NCBI GenBank assembly: GCA_963822945.1
Contig: CAWGJO010000024.1
Span: 64,001-128,000 of the forward strand
Length of the DNA: 64,000 bases
Direction of reading: 5' to 3'
Origin: an uncultured Gemmatimonadaceae bacterium
GTDB lineage: Bacteria > Gemmatimonadota > Gemmatimonadetes > Gemmatimonadales > Gemmatimonadaceae
Part shown: one piece after another, positions 36,680 through 44,617 of the stretch
How positions within the stretch are numbered: the first letter of the stretch is position 1
Layout of the letters: every line of letters starts with the position of its first letter
Position numbers and translations under genes: made by a program
Notes under the pieces: model-generated
Databases searched by the model: none
The model's input: the letters and a program-made list of their open reading frames with translations, nothing else
What the model was told of the DNA's origin: nothing

Positions 36680-37443
36680 GATGTCTTCGGGCGGCGGCGC
36701 GCCGGCGTCCGGGTGGGCGGCGGCGCGTCTTGATGTTGAGCGTTCAGGAAAGCGAGCAGTGCCTGGCCGGCCCCGAGAATGTGCTGGCGGAGCCTGGCCG
36801 CGGCTCGTTTGACATTGCGCCGGCGAACGGCGGCGATGATCTCCCGGTGCTCGGTGATGGCGCGCTGCTCGCCGTGGGTGAGGGCGAGCTGCATGCGCGA
36901 ATAGCGGTCGGTGTGCTGATGCAGCCGGTGCACGATGCCCATCGTCACGGGGCGATCGGCCGGCGCGTAGAGCGTGGAGTGAAACTTCCAGTTGAGTCCA
37001 CCCCACCCGGCGACCTGTCCGCGTTTGAGCGACGCATCATAGGTATCGAGGACTTCCTCGGCGCGGGCGACCTGCTCCTCGGTCATGTGCGGCATGGCCC
37101 GCTGCAGGAGATCGGTCTCGATGTCGGCCCGCAGTTCGTAGAGTTCCTCGATCTCGGCGAGGGACAGCGTGGAGACGATGGCCCCGCGGTGCGGATTGAA
37201 CGTGACCAGCCCCTCCGCCTCGAGCAGCCTCAGCGCCTCGCGCACCGGAATGCGACTGACGCCCAACTGGTCGGCGATCGCGTCCTGGCGCAGCGGTTCT
37301 CCGGCCGGATAGCCGCCGCGCAGGATCCGCTCGCGGATGGCGTCGCGTGTGAGGCTGGTGACCGTCTGCCGTTCGATGGGGAGATCTTCGGCCCCGGCCG
37401 CGGCAGCGGGAGCCTGGGGACGTCTGGAAGCGCGCCTCGGCAT
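36676..37443 (-). CDS. GntR/FCD transcriptional regulator
   Basis: LGVSRIPVREALRLLEAEGLV wHTH; FH...EH...H FCD motif. Confidence 0.93.
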   Translation of the reverse strand: MPRRASRRPQAPAAAAGAEDLPIERQTVTSLTRDAIRERILRGGYPAGEPLRQDAIADQLGVSRIPVREALRLLEAEGLVTFNPHRGAIVSTLSLAEIEELYELRADIETDLLQRAMPHMTEEQVARAEEVLDTYDASLKRGQVAGWGGLNWKFHSTLYAPADRPVTMGIVHRLHQHTDRYSRMQLALTHGEQRAITEHREIIAAVRRRNVKRAAARLRQHILGAGQALLAFLNAQHQDAPPPTRTPARRRPKTS

Positions 37444-37526
37444 GAGCGAACGTCGATGGAGACTCGGGGCCAGGCGGTGACGCGGTCGCGTCGACCCGAC
37501 CGGGGGGAATTGGGCCCGACGATAAG

Positions 37527-37536
37527 TTGGATACAA
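37527..37536. promoter_or_regulatory. Candidate GntR operator
   Basis: Near-palindrome TTGGATACAA in an AT-rich patch ~85 bp upstream of the GntR start. Confidence 0.4.
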
Positions 37537-37656
37537 TATGCATGATGGACCGGGCCGCCGGAACTGCCCGATCGCCGCCTCGCGACGCCCCTGACGCCGC
37601 CCCCCTCTCCACCAGACGGCCCGACCACGTATTTTCACCTGTCGGCACCGGGCCCC

Positions 37657-38220
37657 GTGCTGGGCCGTGGCGCCGACGAGCACCGTGACATCTTCACCGA
37701 GGGCAATGCCTTGCTTCTTTCGCTGCTGCTGGCCGTCTCCGTGCTTCAGGGCCCGAACCTCTCGTCCGCTCAAGCGGGCACGATCGTACGGGCCGTGGCC
37801 GACTACCTCATCCCGCCAAGCCGCCCCGTCGGCACGCACGGCGTCGTAGGCCGCACCGTCGTGTTCGACCGCGTGCAGAGCACCAAAGCGTTCAAACCCC
37901 TGGTGGGACGACTTGAGGAGCGGGACATGGCGCTCACCCTGCCCTCGCTGGTCCTGCCGCGGGACAAGGCCGTGGTCTGCAAAGCCGGCAAGCGCGACTG
38001 CACGATCACCCGCGACGCCATCTACATCGCGATCGACCGCGTGGCGCGCGGCCGGAACTCCGGGGAGTACCACGTGGTCGCGACCCTGCTGTACGGCGAG
38101 CCGCGTCCCGGCGGCGGCAGCGAACTCAAGGGCGGCACCTATCGCCTCACCGTCGCCCTGCAGGGCAAGAAGTGGAAGCACTGGGAGGTCATCCACTCCG
38201 TGCCGAAGCCGGGTATCTAG
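37657..38220 (+). CDS. Hypothetical exported protein (true start may be TTG 37711)
   Basis: Hydrophobic LLLSLLLAVSV N-terminus, GC3-biased codons, fills the gap between GntR and pfk. Confidence 0.6.
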   Translation: MLGRGADEHRDIFTEGNALLLSLLLAVSVLQGPNLSSAQAGTIVRAVADYLIPPSRPVGTHGVVGRTVVFDRVQSTKAFKPLVGRLEERDMALTLPSLVLPRDKAVVCKAGKRDCTITRDAIYIAIDRVARGRNSGEYHVVATLLYGEPRPGGGSELKGGTYRLTVALQGKKWKHWEVIHSVPKPGI

Positions 38221-38231
38221 CCGGGTGCATC

Positions 38232-38258
38232 CCGCCGCCCGCGCGGGACGGGCGGCGG
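38232..38258 (+). terminator. GC-rich stem-loop after hypothetical gene
   Basis: CCGCCGCCCG-loop-CGGGCGGCGG. Confidence 0.35.
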
Positions 38259-38391
38259 CCGGGCGGGCACAAAGATGTTGTTGTGCCCGTGGTTCGGCAC
38301 GCGCGCGCCCCGCCTCTCGCCGTCGACCTTGTTAGAGTTCGGATGAAACCGAAGCACGAGACGCGTCATCCGAACGAGATAGGGGACCACG

Positions 38392-39582
38392 ATGCCGAGT
38401 TCGCAGCGCACGATTGCAATTCTCACCGGCGGCGGCGATGTGCCCGGTCTGAATCCGGCCATCCGCGCGATCACCATCCGCGCGCTGCGGGACGGACATC
38501 GGGTGATCGGCATCCGGCACGGGTGGGCGGGGCTCGTGGACTACGTGCCCGACGCGCAGGCCGACAACAGCGAACACGTGCAGGTGCTCACCGAGGCGAT
38601 CGTGAACCGCGCCGGCCGCACCGGCGGCACGTTTCTCCACACCTCGCGCGCCCGGCCCAGCCATCTGCCCCGCGAGCGCGTGCCTGCGCATCTGAGCGGC
38701 TACGATGCGCCGATCAACGACGTCACCAAGGACGTGCTCCGGCATCTGGAGCACATCGGCGTGGACGTGCTCATTCCCATCGGCGGGGACGACACCCTCA
38801 GCTACGCCAAGCGGCTGCACGACGAGGGGGTGAACGTCGTCGCGATCCCGAAGACGATGGACAACGACGTGCACGGCACCGACTACTGCATCGGATTCAG
38901 CACCTGCGTGACCCGCACCATCGAGCTCACGCACCGCCTGCGCACGTCAGCCGGGTCGCACGAGCGGTTCCTCGTGATCGAGGTGTTCGGCCGGTACGCC
39001 GGCTTCACGGCGCTGCTCCCGACGATGGCGGGCGCGGCGGACCGCTGCGTGATCCCGGAACATCCGGTGGACATCGACCGGCTGGCCGAACTCCTCACGC
39101 GGGACCGCAACCGGAACCCGAGCCGCTATGCCGTGGTGCTCGTTTCCGAAGGCGCCCGCCTGGACACGCACGGCGACATGACCTTCGCGAGCGAGGAGGC
39201 GGACATGTTCGGCCACCGCAAGCTCGGGGGCATCGGCGACCAGGTGGGATCGGCGCTCAAGGCCGCGTCGGCACGGTACAACAACGGCCGCCGGATCGAG
39301 GTCGTGAGCCAGCGGCTCGGCTATCTCGTGCGCTCCGGCGAGCCGGACGCGCTCGATTCGATCGTGCCGATGGCGTTCGGCAATCTGGCCATCGATCTGA
39401 TCATGAAGAAGCAGTACGGCCGGCTGGTGAGCATCCACCGCGGGTTCTACGACAGCGTGCCGATGGCGAGCGTGACGTCGGCAAAGAAGGTCGTGACCGT
39501 GCCGAAGTACTACGACACGGACCGCCTGCGCCCCATCTACAACTTCGACGGGGCGCCGCTGTTCATCATGACGAGCGACTGA
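38392..39582 (+). CDS. pfkA: 6-phosphofructokinase (PfkA family), probably PPi-dependent
   Basis: LTGGGDVPGLN, GGTFLHTSR, GGDDT, PKTMDND, LGYLVRSG. Confidence 0.9.
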   Translation: MPSSQRTIAILTGGGDVPGLNPAIRAITIRALRDGHRVIGIRHGWAGLVDYVPDAQADNSEHVQVLTEAIVNRAGRTGGTFLHTSRARPSHLPRERVPAHLSGYDAPINDVTKDVLRHLEHIGVDVLIPIGGDDTLSYAKRLHDEGVNVVAIPKTMDNDVHGTDYCIGFSTCVTRTIELTHRLRTSAGSHERFLVIEVFGRYAGFTALLPTMAGAADRCVIPEHPVDIDRLAELLTRDRNRNPSRYAVVLVSEGARLDTHGDMTFASEEADMFGHRKLGGIGDQVGSALKAASARYNNGRRIEVVSQRLGYLVRSGEPDALDSIVPMAFGNLAIDLIMKKQYGRLVSIHRGFYDSVPMASVTSAKKVVTVPKYYDTDRLRPIYNFDGAPLFIMTSD

Positions 39583-39592
39583 CCGCCGCCCG

Positions 39593-40024
39593 CTACGGCT
39601 TGACCCCCTGGTGGTTCACGGCCCACACATAGGCGGCCACGTCCCGCGCGGCCTGATCGCTGATGCCGTTGGGTCGCGCCAGCATGGCGGTGGCCGGCAC
39701 TCCCTTCTCGATCACGCGCAGGATCTCGGCGTACGTCCCGCCCTTGGCGGCGAGCCACGGCTTGCCCTTCTTGTCGAGCGGCGGCGCGATGGCCGAGCCC
39801 TGCAACTGAAGCCCGTGGCAGGCCAGGCAACCGCCCTGCCCGTGGAAGACGGCCCGTCCGGCATCGATGGCCTTGGTCGTGACGTCGCTGCCGTCCGTGC
39901 CGGTCGTGTCGGGGCGCACGGCGGCCGTATCGACGGGCGCACGGCGGTGCGTCGTGGCGCCCACGCTCGCCACGAGGGCGACGGCGATTGCGGCTCGCTG
40001 GAGCATTCGGAATTCGCGCATCAT
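39593..40024 (-). CDS. Exported monohaem c-type cytochrome
   Basis: Signal peptide, CLACH, distal Met (TAM). Confidence 0.85.
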   Translation of the reverse strand: MMREFRMLQRAAIAVALVASVGATTHRRAPVDTAAVRPDTTGTDGSDVTTKAIDAGRAVFHGQGGCLACHGLQLQGSAIAPPLDKKGKPWLAAKGGTYAEILRVIEKGVPATAMLARPNGISDQAARDVAAYVWAVNHQGVKP

Positions 40025-40953
40025 TGGGATCCTCCCTGTGGAGTGCCGGCCGAGCCAGGCGCGGGGTGCGCCGGCACGGGAGTGAGTTTGACCATCTCGG
40101 CGTGGAACGCACGCCACTGCGCGGCGTCGAGCAGCGCGACGCCGGCTGCGAATCCGTTGTCCGGCGGTCCCGCCATGGCCACGCGCGCGAAGGTCTCGAC
40201 GCTCGTACGCCAGCCGGGCGTCTGGGCCAGCACCTGGGCGGCGCGCTGCGCATTCCCGACCAGCCGTCGCCGCAGCATCGCCGGTCTACTGGAATCGGCG
40301 GGCGACGGGAGCGCGACGGCGCCCGGCGCCGAGAACTCGGCCGCCATGTGGAGCATGACGGTGGGCACCGCCACCTTGTTCGGCGCCCGCGGGCCCTCGG
40401 ACAGGTGATACTTGGCGTCCACCTTGGCGATCTCGGCAGCGATGTCGTCGTGATGGTCGAAGTGGCCCAGCGACTGCACGTAGTGGGCGACCGCAAAGCG
40501 GTCGGCGGGCGGGAGGGCATCGAAGGCGGCCATCCCGGTGCCTTTGATTCCGTCGGTGAGCGTGGTGTAGATGTCGGCGATCGTGTAGCCCACGGTCCAA
40601 CCCTTTGGGCTGGTGAGATTGCGCGGACGTGGGGTGAGCGCCACGGCTGCGGCGCCGTCTCCCTTGCCGGCGGCGCCATGGCAGACCACGCAGTCCGTGT
40701 TGAAGAGTTGCTTGCCCTGGGCCAAGGCCTGCGGCGTGACCGTGAAGAGCTGTTTGAGGTCGAGGCCGGGAGCCGGCTTCCCGATGACCGTCGGGAAGAT
40801 CGTGGGATCGGAGTCGGCACGTGTCGGCGGCTGGTACTTCAGTCGCGGTGCTTCACGTCCCTGCAGCACCGTGTTGCCGCCGGCGATGACCAGGCCGAGC
40901 GTGATGAGCGCGCTCCCGACCACCATCGCGATGCGTTTGGATTGATAAGGCAT
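40021..40953 (-). CDS. Membrane-anchored monohaem c-type cytochrome with extra C-terminal domain
   Basis: N-terminal TM, CVVCH, PRPRNLT, GIKGTGMAAF. Confidence 0.85.
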   Translation of the reverse strand: MPYQSKRIAMVVGSALITLGLVIAGGNTVLQGREAPRLKYQPPTRADSDPTIFPTVIGKPAPGLDLKQLFTVTPQALAQGKQLFNTDCVVCHGAAGKGDGAAAVALTPRPRNLTSPKGWTVGYTIADIYTTLTDGIKGTGMAAFDALPPADRFAVAHYVQSLGHFDHHDDIAAEIAKVDAKYHLSEGPRAPNKVAVPTVMLHMAAEFSAPGAVALPSPADSSRPAMLRRRLVGNAQRAAQVLAQTPGWRTSVETFARVAMAGPPDNGFAAGVALLDAAQWRAFHAEMVKLTPVPAHPAPGSAGTPQGGSQ

Positions 40954-40966
40954 ACGGGGGGTCCTC

Positions 40967-42112
40967 TCAGCGCAGGTGAAACTTGAGGCCGTCGGCCAGG
41001 AACGGATCGCCAACGGGCATGTGCTCTCCCATCCGCATGGCGCGGACCACCACCAGCAGTCCGGCGGCCAGGAAGAAGAGGGCGAAGGACGCCTCGGGCC
41101 AACCCAGGTGCAGGCCTGCGCCCTGAATGGGTGAGATCAGCCAGAACACGTCCACGAATTCCATGAACAGCACCCACAGCGACACCCAGCGGAGCCGCCG
41201 CCAGTTCTGCTTGTCCTTGCGCGACATCAGCGCCAGGAACGGCACGAAGAAGTGTCCGATGCCGAGCAGGATGAACACGGACTCCATGGATCCGACCGTG
41301 CGCTGCTGGAACCAGAACACCTCTTCCGGGAGATTCGCATACCACTGCAGCAGGTACTGCGAGAACGCGATGTAGCCCCAGAAGATCGTGAATCCGAACA
41401 GCAGGCCGCCGAGGTTGTAGAGGTGATCGGCGGTCACGCCGGGGAGCCGGTCGCGCCGGTAGAGATAGATGACGACGAGCGACGTCGCGGCGATGGCCGA
41501 GGTGACCGCGCCGGCGAACAGGTAGACGCCGAAGATGTCGCTGTACCAGCCCGCTTCGAGGCTCGAGACCCAGTCGAAGGCGAACGCGGTGAGCGTGAGC
41601 GCGAGCAGGATCATGAAGATCGGCGAGTAGCGCCGGAGGCGAATCGTCGCCGTGGGGTCGCGGGTCTCGTCCTGCCGGACGGACCCGCCCACCAGGATGC
41701 GATACGACCAGACCCACAGCGCCACGCAGACGGCGAGACGCGCGATGAAGAACGGGTAGTTGAGCCACGACGTCTTGAGCGCGATGGCGGGGTTGGCCGC
41801 GGCGCCCGGCTGCGTCCAGGAGAAGCTGACGGGCAGCGAGAAGAGCGCGATCAGCGCCACGGGCACCAGCCACGGCGTCAGCGCGGCGATGCGTTCGGGG
41901 GCTCGGCGCAGCGGCACGCTCCACGTGGCGCCGGTCAGGTGCTGCAGCGCCACGATGAACAGCGCCCCGAGCGCCATGCACACCATGACGACGAACCAGA
42001 GGAGCCAGTTGGCCCAGAAGCGCGACGCGCCGTCCACCAGGTACGTGGTCACGACCCCGACGCCGCCGACGGCCAACGCGGCCCACAGGACGCTCATTCC
42101 TCGTTTGCTCAC
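40967..42112 (-). CDS. actF: Alternative complex III subunit F
   Basis: Polytopic membrane protein: LRRAPE, WLNYPFF, DWVSSL..WYSDIFG, QYLLQWYANLPEE. Confidence 0.88.
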   Translation of the reverse strand: MSKRGMSVLWAALAVGGVGVVTTYLVDGASRFWANWLLWFVVMVCMALGALFIVALQHLTGATWSVPLRRAPERIAALTPWLVPVALIALFSLPVSFSWTQPGAAANPAIALKTSWLNYPFFIARLAVCVALWVWSYRILVGGSVRQDETRDPTATIRLRRYSPIFMILLALTLTAFAFDWVSSLEAGWYSDIFGVYLFAGAVTSAIAATSLVVIYLYRRDRLPGVTADHLYNLGGLLFGFTIFWGYIAFSQYLLQWYANLPEEVFWFQQRTVGSMESVFILLGIGHFFVPFLALMSRKDKQNWRRLRWVSLWVLFMEFVDVFWLISPIQGAGLHLGWPEASFALFFLAAGLLVVVRAMRMGEHMPVGDPFLADGLKFHLR

Positions 42113-43239
42113 TTCACGTCCTCCGCGGTGGCGTTCTGCGACCGTTGCAGGGCCCGGATGTAGCGGACGATCGCCCAGCGGTCGTCCTGCGAGATGTCGG
42201 CTGCGTAGCCCGGCATGGTGCGAATGCCCTGCGAGATGACCCAGTAGAGGAACCCGTCCGCCGCCTCGCGCATGGGCGCCGACTGCAGATCGACCGGCTG
42301 GGCCTGGTAGGTGCTGTCGAGCCACGCCTTGCCCGTGCCGAGCCGGTCGTGGCAGACGGCGCAGTGGAGATCGAACATGTGCCGCCCGCGAGCCAGCACC
42401 CGCGCCGACACGGGAAGCGGGTTGGCGAGTTCCTTTCCGGCTTCCTCCGGCGTCGTGGCGAGAATGGGCATGTAGCCGCGCGCCACGGTTCCGTCCGGCG
42501 GCCGCTGCATGCCGCGCCCATTGGCGAAGAACGGATCGGCCGCCTGCGCGTCGAGCTTGGGCTGCACTTCCATGTGCACCATCGGCGGAATCGTGGGATA
42601 CGTCCGCGTGGCCCACGCCATGCCGTAACCCGCGAGGAGACACACGGCGACGATGCCCACGGTGGCGCGCACCCACGCTCCGAGGCCGGCGCGCACGCGC
42701 TCCGGTTCCGGAATGACTTCCAGCGCCTCGCCGCCCGCGCCGCGCAGTGCGGCCTTGGCGGCCTCGACGTCAAGGCGTCCCCGCACCGGCATCAGCACGA
42801 GCGCGAATCGATCGCGCGTGATGGATGCGAGCGCCTCGGTGTCGAGGATCGGGTTGCCGAAGAACGGCAGCTTGTTGAACACGAACAGCATTCCGAAGGC
42901 GGCGGTGAACGTCGAGATCAGAATCGTCGCCTCCACCATCACGAGCACCCACCCCGGCCAGCCGTTCATCGGCTTGCCTGCCGTGCGCAGCGGATAACTC
43001 ACCGTGCTCGTCCACCATTCGAACGTGAACGCGGAGACGCACGCCAGGGTGCCCATGAGGAAGACGAGCACGCCGAGCTTGGACTTGGGCAGCTCCAGGG
43101 CCTCGTCGATGCCGTGCACCGGGTACGGCGTGTACGCCTCGAGGTGGGTGAACCCGCTCGCCTTCACCTCGGGAATCGCGGCCAGCAGCGCGTCCGCGTC
43201 GCGGAACAGTCCGAGGACGCCGAACACCGAATCAGACAT
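42109..43239 (-). CDS. actDE: Alternative complex III fused ActD (DUF3341) - ActE (monohaem cytochrome c)
   Basis: EAYTPYPVHGID..YPL..GKP (ActD) followed in frame by MEVQPK..FFANGRGMQRPPDGTVARG..CAVCH..MPGY (ActE). Confidence 0.85.
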   Translation of the reverse strand: MSDSVFGVLGLFRDADALLAAIPEVKASGFTHLEAYTPYPVHGIDEALELPKSKLGVLVFLMGTLACVSAFTFEWWTSTVSYPLRTAGKPMNGWPGWVLVMVEATILISTFTAAFGMLFVFNKLPFFGNPILDTEALASITRDRFALVLMPVRGRLDVEAAKAALRGAGGEALEVIPEPERVRAGLGAWVRATVGIVAVCLLAGYGMAWATRTYPTIPPMVHMEVQPKLDAQAADPFFANGRGMQRPPDGTVARGYMPILATTPEEAGKELANPLPVSARVLARGRHMFDLHCAVCHDRLGTGKAWLDSTYQAQPVDLQSAPMREAADGFLYWVISQGIRTMPGYAADISQDDRWAIVRYIRALQRSQNATAEDVK

Positions 43240-44617
43240 GGTCGGCCTCCAGTCGCTGCTTCTGGTAGTACACGATGTCGGGCTTCACTTCCCACGCCGC
43301 AATGATGGGCAGCTTGCGCAGGAACAGGAGCAGCAGCGTAAGGAAGAGGCCGATGGAGCCCAGCAGAATCGCGAAGTCGATGGGCGTCGGGAGGTAGCTG
43401 CCCCACGACGACGGCAGATAGTCGCGGTGCAGCGACAGGATGATGATGGTGTACCGCTCCATCCACATGCCCAGCGTCACGCCGGCCGACACCAGCACCA
43501 TCATCGGCACCGACCGCCGGAACTTCGGGAACCAGAGCAGCTGCGGGAGAATGCAATTGAGGGTGATGGTCAGCCAGCCCGCCCACCACTGATCGCCGAA
43601 CACGTAGTTCGCGAAGATGTACTTCACATAGGGGTCGGCGCTGTACCAGGCCGTGAACCCCTCCATCAGGTAGGCGTAGGCCATGACGCACGACAGGAAC
43701 AGGACCATCCGGTTGAGGAGGTCCATGTGCCGCGGCGTCACGTAGTGTTCGAGGTGCATGGCGGTGCGCACGAACGCGAACACCAGCACGACGCCGGCAA
43801 AGCCCGAGAAGGCGGCCCCGACCACGAAGTACGGCGGGAAGATCGTCATGTGCCAGCCGGGCACCATCGACGACGCGAAGTCCATCGAGACGATGCTGTG
43901 CACGCTGAGCGCGAGCACCGTGGTGAGGCCGGCGAGCAGCAGATAGGCCCGCTCGTACTGCAGCCAGTGGACCGCATTGCCCACCCATCCCAGGCTCAGC
44001 AGCCGGAAGACGGCCCGCTTCACCTTGCTCTTCGCCGTCGAGCGCAGCGTGGCCAGGTCGGGGATCAGCCCGAGGTACCAGAACATCAGCGACACGCTGA
44101 AGTACGTGAGCACCGCGAACACGTCCCAGATCAGCGGCGACCGGAAGTTGACCCACATGCCGCGCTGGTTCGGATACGGGATCAGCCAGTACGGCAGCCA
44201 GGGGCGGCCGACGTGGATGGCCGGGAAGATCATCGCGCACATGAACGCGAACACCGTGGTCGCCTCGGCGATGCGGCTGATGGCATTGCGCCACCGCTGG
44301 CGGAACAGATAGAGAATCACCGAGATCAGCGTGCCGGCGTGCCCGATACCGACCCAGAACACGAAGTTGATGATCAGGAATCCCCAGACCACCGGCACGT
44401 TGTTGCCCATCACGCCGATGCCCGTGTAGAGCATGTAGCCGATGGCCGAGAAGCCGACCAGCGCCACCAGACTGGTGATCGTGATGGCGACGTACCACGA
44501 GCGTGGCGGCGCCTTCTCGCTCCACGTGCGAACGGTGTCGTCGAGGCCGCCGAGCGAGACGTCGCCTTCGACGAGGGGCGCGATGCGCAGCGCGGCGGGA
44601 AGCGTGGCGTCAGTCAT
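43232..44617 (-). CDS. actC: Alternative complex III subunit C (NrfD family)
   Basis: NFVFWVGIGHAGTLIS, HVGRPW, NFRSPLIWD, SVHSIVSMDF, PPYFVVGA, MWMER. Confidence 0.93.
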   Translation of the reverse strand: MTDATLPAALRIAPLVEGDVSLGGLDDTVRTWSEKAPPRSWYVAITITSLVALVGFSAIGYMLYTGIGVMGNNVPVVWGFLIINFVFWVGIGHAGTLISVILYLFRQRWRNAISRIAEATTVFAFMCAMIFPAIHVGRPWLPYWLIPYPNQRGMWVNFRSPLIWDVFAVLTYFSVSLMFWYLGLIPDLATLRSTAKSKVKRAVFRLLSLGWVGNAVHWLQYERAYLLLAGLTTVLALSVHSIVSMDFASSMVPGWHMTIFPPYFVVGAAFSGFAGVVLVFAFVRTAMHLEHYVTPRHMDLLNRMVLFLSCVMAYAYLMEGFTAWYSADPYVKYIFANYVFGDQWWAGWLTITLNCILPQLLWFPKFRRSVPMMVLVSAGVTLGMWMERYTIIILSLHRDYLPSSWGSYLPTPIDFAILLGSIGLFLTLLLLFLRKLPIIAAWEVKPDIVYYQKQRLEADHV

